DNA of 63,553 nucleotides, filler included, from Intoshia linei (taxonomy: Eukaryota > Animalia > Orthonectida), in NCBI GenBank assembly GCA_001642005.1. It is 8 parts of 8 records of this genome, joined end to end, with 100 filler letters (N's around TTAATTAATTAA, not from the genome) between each part and the next. Parts side by side here need not be neighbours in the genome. Positions count along the whole stretch, not along the records: positions 26,092 to 37,518 come from LWCA01001172.1; positions 37,619 to 52,610 come from LWCA01000932.1; 6 more parts are not named here. The stretch is one strand, 5' to 3'. Below the pieces are notes generated by a model. That model searched no databases. It saw only the letters and a list, made by a program, of their open reading frames with translations, and was not told the DNA's origin. A program made the translations under genes and the position numbers. Shown here in pieces: positions 28,190 through 42,719 of the stretch; within the stretch, counting starts at the first letter, position 1, and each line of letters begins with the position of its first letter.

Positions 28190-28922
28190 TTTGGATATAA
28201 TTAATAAATTTTCATTTTATAATTTTATTTTATGACATTTAATCAATGTTTCTCTAAATATTCCATTATTTTGTTTATCAATTCATTTTCAATTCAGTAT
28301 GAAATTTGCGATTTTAATCGTTTTAATTTTTACTTTGGTTTGCCACGTTTTGTCAAAAAATTCAAATGTGAGGCGAAATATTTGTCATCATCTCCAAAAA
28401 ATGTGTTCGACTTATCGGCATAAGTATTATGATGACAATTTCATCAAGATGAAGGAAAGATATAGTGCGTGGGGTTAGTTCATTTTTATGTTGTCAATCA
28501 CTGTTTATGTTCAATATTCAATAAATTAGTTGTCACATTTTAATTTATTTGTTTATTATCATTGATCAAATCATTTCAATTTGATGGATTTTACTGATTT
28601 GACATGTTTTCAAGTGATTTATTTTATTAATTAGTTTTTACTGGTTCATATATTTATTTTGTCTGATACTAATAATTAAAGTCCAACTCTTGATATGATG
28701 TGAAATTGTATATTATTATATTTTCAAAATTCCACAATATTATTTTCACGGTACATATTTGTATGTGTGTATAATCCTATTCTCAAAAACAGCACATTTT
28801 AATTATATTAGCGCATTTAACATTTGTCTTCGTAATGATGAGGGACATTGTCTGAATTATTGATATACGTTAGTGGAATACGATCGGTTATATTATAGAA
28901 ATTTTTTCCCATTATATACTAA

Positions 28923-29195
28923 ACTAGATTAACTTATGTACTACGTACAAACAGCACCTAGATCTGCCGAGGGCACATTTTTATTATACCAAAAAAATAA
29001 ATTCACGTTAAAAATCCTATTATTAACTATTATCAATTCTTTAAAGGAGTGGTTCCCAAATTTGTTTCAGGTGGAACCATCATATCATTACTTTTTACTT
29101 TAAAGTGAATTATTTGATCTTAATTTATTGTTTGTTGACATTTGCGTAAAGAATTTTAAAAACAATTGTTATACCATTTTTTTAATTTATTAGAC
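28923..29195 (+). mobile_element. CTAG-family element copy
   Basis: Starts ACTAG...tgtactacgtaca hairpin; body aligns with 11850-12140. Confidence 0.7.
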
Positions 29196-29526
29196 AGAAT
29201 TTGTGCATAATATTAAAAATAAAGTAAAAACATCATTTTTCTGGTGACAAACGCATTTTGTCTATTTTAATCGGTAAAGTCAAAAAATTTCTTAAGTATA
29301 CCAAAATTTCGATAACGATCAATTGCAATTTCCAACGGTTATTTTAAAAATTTAAAAAAAAAATTATAGGGGCCTATTGCTGGCTCTCCACGACCATGCA
29401 GTAAAGTACGACTGTATATTGATTTTATGTTAACACGTCTGATTTATACCTGTTTTTATTTAATTTTTGTTTTTAAAATAAAGTAACCAGACTGAACACA
29501 ACACTTCAGCATAGAAGATGGTTTAA

Positions 29527-30051
29527 CCCTTACGAGACTATTCATTTTTACAAAAATTTACATAACATTTTCACTTACACTTCATAAAGACTTCACTAAA
29601 CAAAAGCCAAACTATTTCATAAAATTATTTCGAAAGATTATTCAAAGTGTCAGTAATAAAATACAATACTTTATATTTTCTCTGAGCTATAAAATTGAGC
29701 CTTATTTAAGGCTGTATATAGCGAGCAAAATGATTTTTAAAAATATGCAATCTAAGCAATAATTTTAGACCCTTATTATATTTTAATTAACTAATTAATT
29801 AAATACTCATTGAAATGGATTTAAATTTAAATTATCGTCAAAATTATGTTAAGTTTACTCAGAATTAATTAATATTTAAATGATGTATAATATTGCGTAT
29901 CTATGTTATACAATGGAGTATAAATTTTATCTTGGATATTTTACTTTACGTTTTAGAAAATTTAATAATAAATAAAAACTTATGCCGGCAAACAATAATA
30001 AATTTATAATTGTACTTTTTTGCATGTATACGTGTTATTGTCTCGTAAGGG
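29527..30051. mobile_element. piggyBac-family MITE
   Basis: TTAA|CCCTTACGAGAC ... GTCTCGTAAGGG|TTAA: 12-bp perfect TIR with TTAA duplication. A related right end (cataagggttaa) lies at ~54895-54905. Confidence 0.9.
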
Positions 30052-30279
30052 TTAATTCAAAATCATTATAAATTCCACAAGAATAAAAGAATCAAATAAA
30101 ATTTTTCAGAAGTATAATTACAAATATATAATTGTAATCGTGAATTGCAATGTAAATTTTGAAATAACCAAATTTTTTAAATGATTTGTACAATGTATAT
30201 CTACGCTTAATAAATAGCGACCCAACAAAAAAACATTAAAACGCAAATAAATAGTATATTATACAACAAATTAAAATAT

Positions 30280-33200
30280 TTACTCAACTTTGATAATTTT
30301 TGATTCTAAAGGAATATCATCTATATCTTCGCGTTTCCGCTTAACCGATAATACGTGCTAAAATAATAATATATATGAATTACCAACAAAAATTACGTTT
30401 TTCTTAGTGGAATCTAAACTAGCATAATCGGAATTTTCACTAATTTCTTTTTCAATTATATTTATCAAAGAGTTACATCTACGTTGCAATTCCTACATAA
30501 AAAAATTGAATTATAAACAAAAATTAAATACCAAAGTATTGCGTGACTTAAAAAACCAATCAAAACGAAACTGCGATTCTTTACGAATTGCAGATTTGAT
30601 AATATCGTACACATTTTCCGTGTTAATGCCGAGTTTGTGAAGCATACATATCAAGTACCTATCTTCATCTTCACTAAAGAATCTGCCCTTATTAGCTCCA
30701 TAATTAAATTTTAGTTGATAGAAAGGTAATTTATATTGATTTATTTTATCAGCCAAAGCCTTTTTTATAGCCAATTTTCTATTAATTTTATATTCACTTT
30801 TTTCCATTTGACTTAAAATTTTTTCAGAATCGTGTAATTCATTTATTCGGTCCCAAAATACATCGTAGTAAATTTTGACCTAAACCTTGAATCATCATTT
30901 GAAAAAAAATTAATTACCTCCTTTTTAGTTTTTCCTTCAACGTTTCGGCAAATTTCATCAATGTTAGATTTTCCAAATCGTTCACAAGCTTTAAAAAATT
31001 GATTAAAATCTCGTCTGTTCCATGTATAAAAACCCTAATTAAAATTATAATATTGTAAAAGATTATTATATTAACCTGTGTCAACAATTCTTCTTTTAAT
31101 GCAACATCTTCTTCTGTGAGAGGTTCAGCATTTTTAATTTTATTTTGTTCATTAAACATGACAATTTTTGCTTGTTCAATTTCAGCTGTGGTAGCATTAG
31201 TTTCATGAACCAATGGTACTCTATATCCGATCGTTTTACGGTAATGGTAGATTTCTTTCTCTAGCAGTGGCAATAATTCACGAGGAAAAAATTGGTAGTC
31301 TTGTACATTTGGTTGTTTTGGTGGTCTAGGAGCCTAAAAGAGAAAAAATAATTACACAATTATTAGTATTTAAATTTATTGGGTTAAATTATACCCGAGA
31401 CATCCTGTGAAATGGACCTCTTTTTTAAAATTAAGCATTTAAAAAAATTAGTTTTTTTAATATCACAAGTTTATGGTGTGTCAAATTCAAATTGTCAATT
31501 TCAGAGCATGGATAGGTGGGTATATATTATGTATCGATTCCTAAAAAAATTAGGGCTAATTTTGATTTTCGAGTCGAAAATGGTAAATTCGACTGTGACA
31601 TATTATTGACCTATTGCTCCATAAAAATTTCCCTATCATAGAAAATACCTTTGTATAAGTTGGATTCATTATACTCAAAAACGACAAAAAACTTACAGAT
31701 AGAAATAAAAACCTTTTGATTTTTTGGTTCAACTACCCTTAAAGCATCGCGATAATATGCATCGACGGCATAATTATTTATTCGTCGTGTTCTTTTTGGA
31801 GGTTCAATCCAAAACTCTGGCAAACCATTGTCAGCTTTTTGTTTGGATCTATAATCCTGGCCTTCAAACGTATACACAGATTCTGGAACATCAAAAGTAA
31901 AATTTGAAAGATTATCCTCAGAGGTTGTCTTGATTTTAACACTAAGATCGTGCGTTTTTTTAACACCCTGTGCAATAATAGTGTCAATATCCAAATCTTG
32001 CATGTCTTTCATTTCCTTGTCTTCATCTTCGCGTTTATTTATAGCTTTATTAGCACCGTGACGAATCATATTGAGAACGGAACCTTTATCAAGTTTACTT
32101 TTTTCTTTATCAAGAAATCTACCCTGTTGAATAACAATCGAGTCTAAATGAAGCTTCATATCGGCTCTTTCAATAATTCGTTCTTCGACAGTGTTCTGCG
32201 TGGTAAAACGATAGACATAAACTTGTTTTTTTTGTCCAATCCGATGTGCTCGATCCATGGCTTGTAAGTCGCTTTGTGGGTTCCAATCAGAATCGTACAT
32301 GAGAACAATATTAGCGGTGGCTAAATTAATACCGAGACCACCGGCTCGAGTAGATAACAAGAATATTAATTTTTCACTACCCGGCGCATTGAAACTTTCA
32401 ATAGCTTCTTGTCTTTCTACGTGACTAGTTTGACCATCCAAACGGGAATATTTAACTTCTTTCCACATTAAATAATCTTCCAGAATATCGAGCACACGCG
32501 TCATTTGACTGAAAATTAACATTCGCGAACCTTCCTTTTTAATTTTCTCTAAAAGTTTTTCTAAAATAACCATTTTACCGCAATTATTGACAATATGCTG
32601 ATCGGTGGTAAACGGTGGACCTTCTTCTGCACCATCAAATAAATATGGGTGGTTACAACATTTTCTCAATTGCATAAGTATGTTGAGTAATCTTATTTTG
32701 TTTCCTTCTCCGCCATTCAAAACATCAATATCCTTCATCAGCAATTTACGATACCAGTGTCTTTGCATTTTAGACAGAGGAACATGAATTTTAATTTCAA
32801 TTTTAGGTGCTAAACTTTTTTCAACTTCCACTTTTAATCTTCTCAATATAAAGGGTCTAATTACAGTGTGCAAGCGTTTGACAAGATTTTCACTTTCAAT
32901 ACATGATGACGTATCGAACCAGCAATCAAAATCATCTGAAGAATTAAATACTCTAGGCAACAAAAAATTCAATAGAGCCCATAGTTCATGTAAATTATTT
33001 TGTAATGGAGTACCAGTCAATAGCAAACGATTCGAAGATTTTAATTTACGCACAAATTGAGATAATTTCGATTGGTCATTTTTAATTCTGTGAGCTTCAT
33101 CAATGATGATGTAACGCCAGTCAATTTTTTTCAAATGAGCACATTCTATAATCACCATTTCATAAGAACTAATACAAACGTCCCATAAAGTGGAATTTGC

Positions 33201-34043
33201 AATTTTCGAGAGTATATCCTTTCGTTCCAATTTATCACCAATTAAAACAATAGGTTTCAAAGAGGGACACCATCTCAAAACTTCATTATTCCAATTGTTT
33301 AGAGTTGATTTCGGAGCAATAACTAAATGCGGTCTGCCACGATTTCTATAAAATTTCATGTATCCGAGAAGTGCAATTGTTTGCAAAGTTTTTCCTAAAC
33401 CCATTTCGTCGGCCAAGATTCCATTTATACCATGCTGAAAAAGACTAATCATCCAATTTAACCCTCTAAGTTGATAATCACGCATTGTGCCGTTTTTTAT
33501 ATAATGAGGAGAAGTGTCGAAATAAGTAATTTGGGAAGATTTTTTTGAATCATGTATCAGAGCAGCATCTTCTTCTGTTTCAGCCATTCTGTGACGTACG
33601 TCATTTACTTTTTTTGTTGTCTTTTTTAATTCTTTCGAGTCTGTCAAATTGTTCAACATTCCCGTTGTAATGTATCGAGTATATGTTTCTGTCTGATTAA
33701 GTAATTTTTCCAATTTGATATCCAATTGTGGCATTTTTTTTGGGGTCGCTTCTTTCAAAGTTTCATCCAAGTTTTCGTCTGAGGGGTTTTGATTGTTTTC
33801 ATTTTCTGCATCTAAACTTCCTTCGTCCATTTCTACTGGAACAACTGATAATGAATCTGTTGAAGCTGCATCAGAAGATTCTAATGCTAAATTTTTTCTA
33901 CTGTCAAATACTACGCTTTCTGAATCAACGCTTTCTGCATTAGTACTACTATGTCCTTCCATGTTACTATTATCATCCTGACTACTTTCTTCAACATCTG
34001 ATGTTTCTACCGTCATTGTTGATATATTGTCATTTTTATCCAT
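30280..34043 (-). CDS. SMARCA5: ISWI chromatin-remodelling ATPase (SMARCA5/SMARCA1 family)
   Basis: [67 protein letters not shown]. Downstream exons encode HAND/SANT/SLIDE ([47 protein letters not shown]). Last exon ends [20 protein letters not shown]. Confidence 0.97.
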
Positions 34044-34933
34044 CTTTGTTATGCAAAATATAAAACTGTTTCTGTGACGAAATTATGAGAAAATGTATAC
34101 ATTAATATAAACATAAATTTATTGTTACTATTCATCGCACTTAAAATAAAAATTGTTAGTCATTGAAAGCGTTTGTTATATATCCAAGCAAAATTTTGTT
34201 TTCATTTGACATATGAATTAATTGCAATGTTTTGATTATGCAAAAAGTCAGAAATTACAATTAATAAAATTCATAAGGTAAATTGGTATATTGTAAACAC
34301 ATCGAAAATTACACTACTCAGGGAGCCTACCTTATGGATTTAGACAACATTTTATATTACTTACTCCAATATTTTTACAATACCACTACAATCAGCCTAG
34401 AAAAAGTTGAAAAGTAGGCCCACCTTAGGTGGGTCTCCAAAGTACAATATAATATTTTAAAACCAAAACAGACTGTTTAAAATTTTTCATGAACCTAAAC
34501 ACAACGAAATTGCACTACCCACTGGGCTATTCTTAATTAAATTGCTTAACTATACAATATTTAAGATACCGACTAGAAATTTTGAATCCTTACTTTTTAA
34601 TCCCTTAATTAGCGGTAGCCTAACGGCTGCGCCGAACCTTTATGTTTAATTTAGACGAACAATAAAAATAATCACTTGTGAGATATTTCGACATTCAGTA
34701 CTACAGGTTTCTACAAAGTTAGTGGTAACAAAATTTCTTAGTTTAAGTTAAAATATTTAATGAAATAAACTTGTGTTTCTATTTCTTAAACAGTTGTATC
34801 CTAACAATTTTGATTTATTGTTAAAATTTTGTAATCGTTTTGTATTCTCGTAAATATTGCAAACATGTTTCTTTGTGAATTTGATTATATTATTGTCTTT
34901 ATTTAAAACTTATACTTATTTAAAGGATAACAA

Positions 34934-35015
34934 GGTAGCGTGGCCGAGTGGTCTAAGGCGCTGTGTTAAGGCCGCAGTCTCTTTGGAGGCGTGGGTTCGA
35001 ATCCCACCGCTGCCA
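34934..35015 (+). tRNA. trnL-AAG: tRNA-Leu (anticodon AAG), long variable arm
   Basis: GGTAGCG/CGCTGCC acceptor stem, D-arm TGGCCGAGTGGTCTAAGGC, anticodon stem CTGTG/CGCAG with loop TTAAGGC, T-loop GGTTCGAATCC. Confidence 0.97.
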
Positions 35016-35021
35016 TTTTTT
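35016..35021 (+). terminator. RNA polymerase III oligo-dT terminator
   Basis: T6 run immediately after the tRNA discriminator base. Confidence 0.75.
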
Positions 35022-35725
35022 ATATTTTCAAAAAATAACTTAATAGAACAAAATGTATGTTTTGTGTTTGACTTTGTTCAAATAATCTTAAAATGATAAA
35101 AAATCAAGATCAATTGGAAATGTATTAGTTTTATATTAAAGTTTCTAAATTTGGTGCTTAAACGTTTTACGTTACGTACCCATAGGTTAAAGTAGTAAAA
35201 ATATGCTTGTCTGCACCATTTATTTAAATAACTGGGAGTCCCAGTCTGGGACTATCAGAGACAAATTGTAGTTCAGATTTCTCCTAAATGAAAAGACACA
35301 TTTAACTGTTAGAAATTTACAACTTCATAATAAAAATCACAATTACTCATTATTTTGAAAAATTAACGTAGTAATGAATCCAATTACAATTCAATTAAAA
35401 TTTTGTCATTTTCAAATACAATACTCATTTTCAAAACATTTTAGTCTAAAAAACTACAAAAACCCAGTACAAAGTACAACTTTGTTACATTTATGGTATT
35501 ATTTTTATATTTATTACAATGCTTTGCAATATTGGTAAAATTCATCTAAAATGTGTTTCTACAGCGCTAATTTCCTTATTATTATTGATACAAAATTGAT
35601 ATTTTGGAATCATCGAAAGCAGATACTGAATATATATTATCACATTGAAAATGACAAAATAGGTTTTTATTTTTTCTGGAATTTAAGTTATTTATGATAA
35701 TTTTTAGGATTTATACACACATTCT

Positions 35726-36380
35726 TAGTGATTGTGATTTCCCGGCAAATAAAAAATTTTTATTCATATATAATATAGAAGCATTAAAAATTTTAGGCAC
35801 CTTAATTAATTTTAGAAACAAAAAGAAATTTTATTTCATTACTAAATTGAAATTTACAAATTTAATTATATAAAAATTTATTTTAGATTGTTGAAAAAGG
35901 GTTTCAAAACACATAATATTGATAGGTTTGTCTTTTAAATGTGTTCTACGTTTTGTAACAAAATTAACAGCAGTAGAGAAATTTTTTTCATTTTGTGTAG
36001 ACGTAGGTTGAACGGTCATAAGGGTTTCCTTTGATTTTAACAATCTTGATGATAGCCTTTCAGTTTGTAACAACTCATAATATTTTTCAAAATAATATTG
36101 GAAAACAAGGATAATTCTTTCAAGCGTTAGTAATTGTGGTTGGAATAAGAGGTTTTTAAAAAAAGTATTTAAAAAAGGATATTTTTCCATGAGGACTTGA
36201 GATAGTATTTTTGACTAAATTTTATTAGTGGTGGGATTTTTGAAATGGTAAATTTTAAATATTATAGCATAATCATATTTTCATAGTAATAACAAACATA
36301 AATAAAATACAGGTATGTCTCAATTTTTTTCGGGAAATCCCGGGAATTTTGTTCTGGTTTTTTTTCCGGCACAATCACTA
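35726..36380 (-). mobile_element. Deleted hAT element with a transposase C-terminal fragment
   Basis: TIR TAGTGATTGTG/CACAATCACTA, TSD cacattct/cacatttt. ORF 35831-36190 contains LMTVQPTSTQNEKNFSTAVNFVTKRRTHLKD (hATC-like). Confidence 0.85.
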
Positions 36381-36384
36381 CACA

Positions 36385-36673
36385 TTTTGTCTTATAAATT
36401 AAAAAAATGGGATAACAATTTTTTTTAAAATTCGTTACACAAATGTAAACAAAATAAAATGGAATAATTGACTTTAAATTAAAATTTAATGTGATGTGAC
36501 GGTTCCACGTGAAACAAGTTTGGGAACCACTCCTTTAAAGGATTGATAATAGTGAATAGTAGCATTGAAGTTAAATTTTCTTATTTTTGTTAATAAATTT
36601 TTTTGGTAGAATAAAAATATGCCCTTGCCAGAGCTAGATGCTATTGGTACGTAGTACCTAACAGTCAACTAGT
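36385..36673 (-). mobile_element. CTAG-family element copy (inverted)
   Basis: Reverse complement aligns with 28923-29195; ends ggtacgtagtacctaacagtcaaCTAGT. Confidence 0.7.
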
Positions 36674-39500
36674 AATCTTATAAAAATAAAAAAATATTAG
36701 GTATATTTAATTAGTTCATTAGTTCACTAATTTAACTGTACAATGTATTCTAGTAATAATAATACAAACAAAAGAAAATATTTAATATCGTTTATTTGTC
36801 GTTGAGACATTTTCATCAACAAACTATTCAAAATAAAAGTAGAAGATATATCATTAATATATAATTATTTAATTTCAAACTACATTTTCGAATTATCATT
36901 CCATTATAATGACATAAGGTAATATATTTGAATATTAATATTTATTAATACATAATAGTGAATTTACTAATACACAAAAAAAAATAAAAATTTTGCTACA
37001 TTGTATTTTACTTTAATTTAAACTTAAGTTTAAATACTTAGGTTTACTGTAGTCTAAATCTTATGAATTTTCCATTTTATATTTTTGTGAATTGTCATTG
37101 TTTTATATTGTATGATTTGTAAATAAAAAAGTATACAATATAAATATGTATTCAATGTTGGATAATTATACATTATAATGTATAGTATCACATGTCTCAG
37201 AATGGTGATTGAATTTATTAGACAGAAATTATGCGATAAGTCAGTATCGATTCGATTGTAGTGCAAATTGTTCATATTTTCATGGCCATTGGCCAATACA
37301 TGAATACTTGATGAAATATAATAGGTCCCGAACTCGGTATATTTTACAATTATGAACGTTTTTTATGATAAAAATAAGTGATCTCATTAATTCTGTGTTT
37401 AGAAAATTTCTTAATTAATTTAAACAGTATCGAATTAATAAATTGGATCTTTTCTGTTAGATGCCTACCACACATGCTTATTCATGGCTATGAAATTTTA
37501 AACGACTACCAACATTGANNNNNNNNNNNNNNNNNNNNNNNNNNNNNNNNNNNNNNNNNNNNTTAATTAATTAANNNNNNNNNNNNNNNNNNNNNNNNNN
37601 NNNNNNNNNNNNNNNNNNACAGAGCGGCTTCGGATTATCGACCCTTGATTAGAGCTAAGAAGTGATATTTCCACTTAATGATCCATGGAATTAATGCTCT
37701 AATGATATACGCATGGCATATGTACCAAATGATTCATCAATGTAAAATGAAATTACAATTCACCTTACCTTACAATTACCTCAATTACAATTTCGAAGAA
37801 GCGTAGTTCTTGCTGCAATTACTACATCATTTTCTTCGCCCAACAACAGGGCCTCAGTTAAGAGTATCGACTTCATCTCGATTTGATGCAGTCGACCATG
37901 TACCTATTAGTACCAAGAAGATGTATTCTGTGTAAAAAGAATTGTCGCATAAAATGCAATAAATGCCAAAAAGCCTTACACATTAATACTTGTTTCCAAA
38001 ATTATCATTCAGAATTTGAATAATAAAATTTTATTTTAATGCTTTTGACTGTAATATTTTAATTTTGTTAATTACATTTCGATGTAGTAGTTAACTTAAC
38101 GGGGTCTACCGATGTATTCGTAATGATATAATTCAGCATGACAAGTTTTTAAATCTTTTGTAATAGAAAAATCATACCTTCAATGTTATTTACGATTTCT
38201 TTCAATTAATATTTTAGTCTTTGACATCTAGAAAATATCGGTTCAAACAACGATAGTGGATGAAATATAGATATACATACGAATATGAATAATTATGCAA
38301 ATGCTTGTAAATAAAATATAATACTTTATGACTAAATGAAAAAAATGATATTGAAAAGGTTACATTTTATTATTGACTTTAGTATACATTCAAATATATT
38401 ATTTTTTATGTTTGCGGCCATAAACGCAAAAATTGATGGAATTAACGGAAACTACAATAATTCCTAAAATGCTAAAGCAAACACCTAATGCTACTCCACA
38501 ATTAAATAATTGATTGTTATTTTCGTGCATGTCAATAACTAAATAGACAATTAAATAAAAATAAAAAGTTTGAAAAAAATAAGATAATTGTGTAGAGTCT
38601 TAATCATCAATATATTATAGTTGATTTATACGATTTTAAAATATTACGAGTTTGAGCACTGCATGCCAATAGAAAACTTAGAAAAAGTAGAAACGTATAC
38701 ATTTTATAACTATCTGCAAATGTAACTATGTATTTAAGGTCATAATATTGAATTTCGTATCGTATATATTTAATCTAGTTTCCATAAAAACTTTGTATTT
38801 AGCAGTCTTTGTAAACATTGATATAATTGTTGTTCTCTTAATATAAATAATATATTGATAAATTGCCCTATAATTATTGTAACAAGGTAAAGTCAAAGCT
38901 AGGCATTTATTCTTTCATTCATTTATTAGATAGAACAATTCTATAATTAATTTTCAATTTCATATATGAAACTTAACGATTTGTATTCTATGATACATGA
39001 TATGATATATGCAGTAAGATTATTATTTTTTTAACTTCTTATATCAGGGTTCTATACCTTTCTAAATAATACCCCTTTACGAACATACATGTTATATACG
39101 TTTTATTAATTCAAATATAATAAAATTTTATTTTGAGGTACTTTTTCATATTTTCATAAATAATGAATAATTTACTTTTTAAAAAAAAAGAAAGAATGAA
39201 AGGCACATAAAAACAATTGTTTAATCACAACAGAAACTTTTCTATTGACATTAGTAAAAAGTTCTATTTTATGAAAAAATATATAATTTATTGGTCGATG
39301 AACAATTATTTGAGATGTAAAAAAATGATTGCATTAACTCACTTAATGAAAATAATACATTATATCTGTAAATCACATGGAAACTCACGTCAACTTTAGG
39401 CATCCTCAGGGTTAGAGGTTGGTCAAGATTCTTAATTTTGATTGATTTAATTCAAAGTAATATATAATATCGCTCAAATTTAAATAAAAAATATATTGTC

Positions 39501-41682
39501 ATGATAAATGAAATTGATAATTTTGAAACCAACAATTGCATAGTTAATTATGCTCGAGGAACTTATGAATCTGCTGATTTAAATAATTATCTACGTGGAT
39601 GTAAATGGTAAAATCCAAAATACATTAAAGATTTGAATTAGAAAGTGGTTGATATAAAATTTATTTGCTAATATATTCCATATTTATGTGAAACCCAAAA
39701 AATATTAAAAAATATGATTTGTCATTCCCTTATCATTAAAAAAATTTACTCAAAGAAGTTTACTATGTTGACAGTGATAACAAAATATTAAATATAATTA
39801 CACGGAACTGGTGTCTGCCAATATCTGAATTTTGAATCTAGAAAAATATATGAGAAAATTTGATATATTTTCCATAAGATTCAATTTTTATATAATACTC
39901 TCTTTAATTCTAAATATAAGTTTTATTCACACCAATCACCAAATTTAATAATATTTTAGGTATTCTAAAGATTTTAATTACATTTCAACCAATTCAAATG
40001 ATCATAAAATTAGAATTTTTGAGTACACATCTGATGACAAACGAGAAATGGTAGTATTTATTTTGTATTCATATATATTTTTTTAGGAACCAATTTTTGA
40101 AATATTCGAGCCTCAACCCATTTACGATTTTGAATGGTGTCTAAATGAGTATGTTTTTTAAATCCATTAAAAATTAATTATTATAGAACATATTCCAATT
40201 CAAATTGTATTTATAATTTTTAAGTCTTTTTAATTACAACTCAAAAAATTATATTTGAGATGGAAAGATTTTTTTGTTGATACTTTTCATTTTTTCATCC
40301 CATTAATTCGAAAAAGACGGATACGTTTTATATTTACAATTTTAGACCAATATTGATGACAACTAGTAGATACGGTCCAGTGCATTGTTGGGATTTGAAA
40401 TCAGATTCACCAATCTTGACATTTAGCGAGCGTTGTCATCAAGATACTATATTGAGTGCATATAGTTTGAAATCGTCAAACTCATTCGGATACTGCGGAT
40501 ATAATGGATTTATAAGTTTAGTTGATTTTGAAACTGGAAAAAATAGGGAAAAGCGTATTTTAAAAGAAGGTAAATGCAAATAACAAATCAATCATGATTT
40601 TTATATTTTAAGTTACCAATTGCAAAATGACAATAATTTCGTCAATTAATGTAAACCCCGCAATGAATAGTGTTTACGCGTGCGGATCCTACACTGGCAA
40701 TATTTGTTTGTTTGCAGAACCTGATGGTACATTTATCTGTGGATTTGGTGAATATTCTAGCGGTATATCCCAAATAAAATTTTCAGATGATGGTCTTGTC
40801 ATTTATACTTGTGCTCGCAAGGTTATTTTAAATAATCTTACTCTAAAATTAAATTAAGTTTAATTAAATTGAAAGTTAAAGTATGTTTCTTAATACAATC
40901 GTAGTTTTTAAATACGACAATCATTGGCATATTTTTAGGACGACAGAATAATTGCATGGGACTTACGAAACCCAAAGACATTTTGGAATGTTTTTAATCG
41001 AAATTCCACCACCAACCAAACTATTGGATTTGATATTTTTGGGTAATTCATCTGTTTATAATATATAGAGAACCCAAAACTTTTTTACTATGGAAGGGAA
41101 AATTTCACATCCATTTTTCATCGACAACCTAAAATTTTATTGTTACCATCCATTACCATATTATGATTAAGATTTTATGTTTAGTTTAATATTAATAAAT
41201 GTCGTATTTCATAAGAATACATAAGGTTACATACATACAACCTATTTTTCGGTAAATCTGGTTTATATCAAAAAATAACAACCAGTAATAATAATAACCC
41301 GTTTAGTGATAAGTTGGTATCTGGAAGCACAGATGGATATGTACATTTATGGAGCCAGAACAAAGAAATGTACAAAAAACGCAAAATATGTCAGACTGTA
41401 GTTAACGATGTTAGGTAATTTTATAACTAACTTGTTTAATATTTTAATAGTTTCCACCCATCATTAGAGATAATATCGTGTTCTACTGGAAATCGGGCGA
41501 AAATGATGTTCATTGAATCAGACTCTGAAACAGAAACAGAAAATTCAACTGAAAATGTATGCATTAAATGCAAACAAAAGATAAATTCAAACAAATCCAA
41601 AGTTCCCACAAATTACAGCTTGTTTCAGGCTCAATTCCATTATCAAAATTGTTTATATTTAATTGATATCAATAATATATAA
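39501..41682 (+). CDS. WRAP53: Telomerase Cajal body protein 1 (WRAP53/TCAB1/WDR79), WD40 protein
   Basis: Spliced: NNYLRGCKW|YSKDFNYISTNSNDHKIRIF; IYDFEW; TTSRYGPVHCWD; IISSINVNPAMNSVYACGSY; GISQIKFSDDGLVIYTCARK; DRIIAWDLRNP...NRNSTTNQTIGFDI; LVSGSTDGYVHLW; VNDVSFHP...CSTGNR. Colinear with WRAP53 motifs. Confidence 0.93.
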
Positions 41683-42719
41683 AATTTTAAATGAAAAATA
41701 TTCGGCATATTTGATGATTGGTAACTGAATCGTTACAACAATTTCTGTATATGTAATTTGTAAAAAGAAAAAATGTAACAATTTTATTTATTTTTTATAT
41801 TGATTTTAATTTAAATTTAAACCAAATTACACAGTTGTTGAAGTAATTTTCGATATAAATATTTCTGAACAATACTTTTCTCGCAACAAATACGTTCAAA
41901 ACCCCTACTGTTAAGCACCATAACAAAGTTTGTATTACAGCGATGACCCGTATTAATTTTTTAACTTGTTGAGCTGACTCAAAAAAAATTATAGAAACGT
42001 TTCAAAAATTTTTTGCAATATTTCTCCGTTATTTAAAGAAGGTTAAATGGACTAACAGTGCACATTTCGAATGATAATGAAATTACAGATGATATGATGA
42101 TGTTGGTCTTGGGTTAAACTTTAATTTTAACCGTTAAAGTATACTGATATATACTAAACACTTTCCTATAAGTACTACCTGTCCAAGTAAACACATCTTC
42201 ATCATACAATTATTACAACAATAGTAATGACCAATTATTAGTTAACTTTTAATCATCTTTGAAATTTAAAGATTATAATTATAATAGAATTCCAACTTAG
42301 CCGTAGTACTGTAATCGAGTATGTATGACTTTTTTCAAGTGGTCGTTTAATGATCAATAATTTTAGTCGAAAATTCTAATATAATGCGTTCCTAACGATA
42401 GTACTGCTGAATTTTGTTAAATCTCACGTCATCTCTAGATAAGATAAGAGTTCGTCTCCAGCTTTAAACAACAATGAATTAAACATGATGGAACATATTA
42501 TGTATTCTTTGAGATTGTCATGACTCGTGAATCTAATATCCCAGTAACCGTGATATGTGTCAATATTTATAATATAGATGTATGGTTACATGGCGCAATC
42601 AGTGATAATCAGTATAACTTCTATACAAGGATACTTATACGTAAACAAATGCTTAACTATTCGAACAATTCATATTTTTCTAACATTATCCATATCGTTT
42701 GAATTCCTAATTAGCAACT

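Noticed and set aside
31778-33981. Small ORFs overlapping ISWI (likewise those overlapping ThrRS and the DSL gene)
   Set aside because: Alternative-frame or antisense by-products of real coding sequence.
34857-35096. 79-aa ORF
   Set aside because: Spurious read-through of the tRNA-Leu gene.
37054-37950. Relatively GC-richer segments either side of the linker as a gene
   Set aside because: No consistent frame or recognisable motif could be established.
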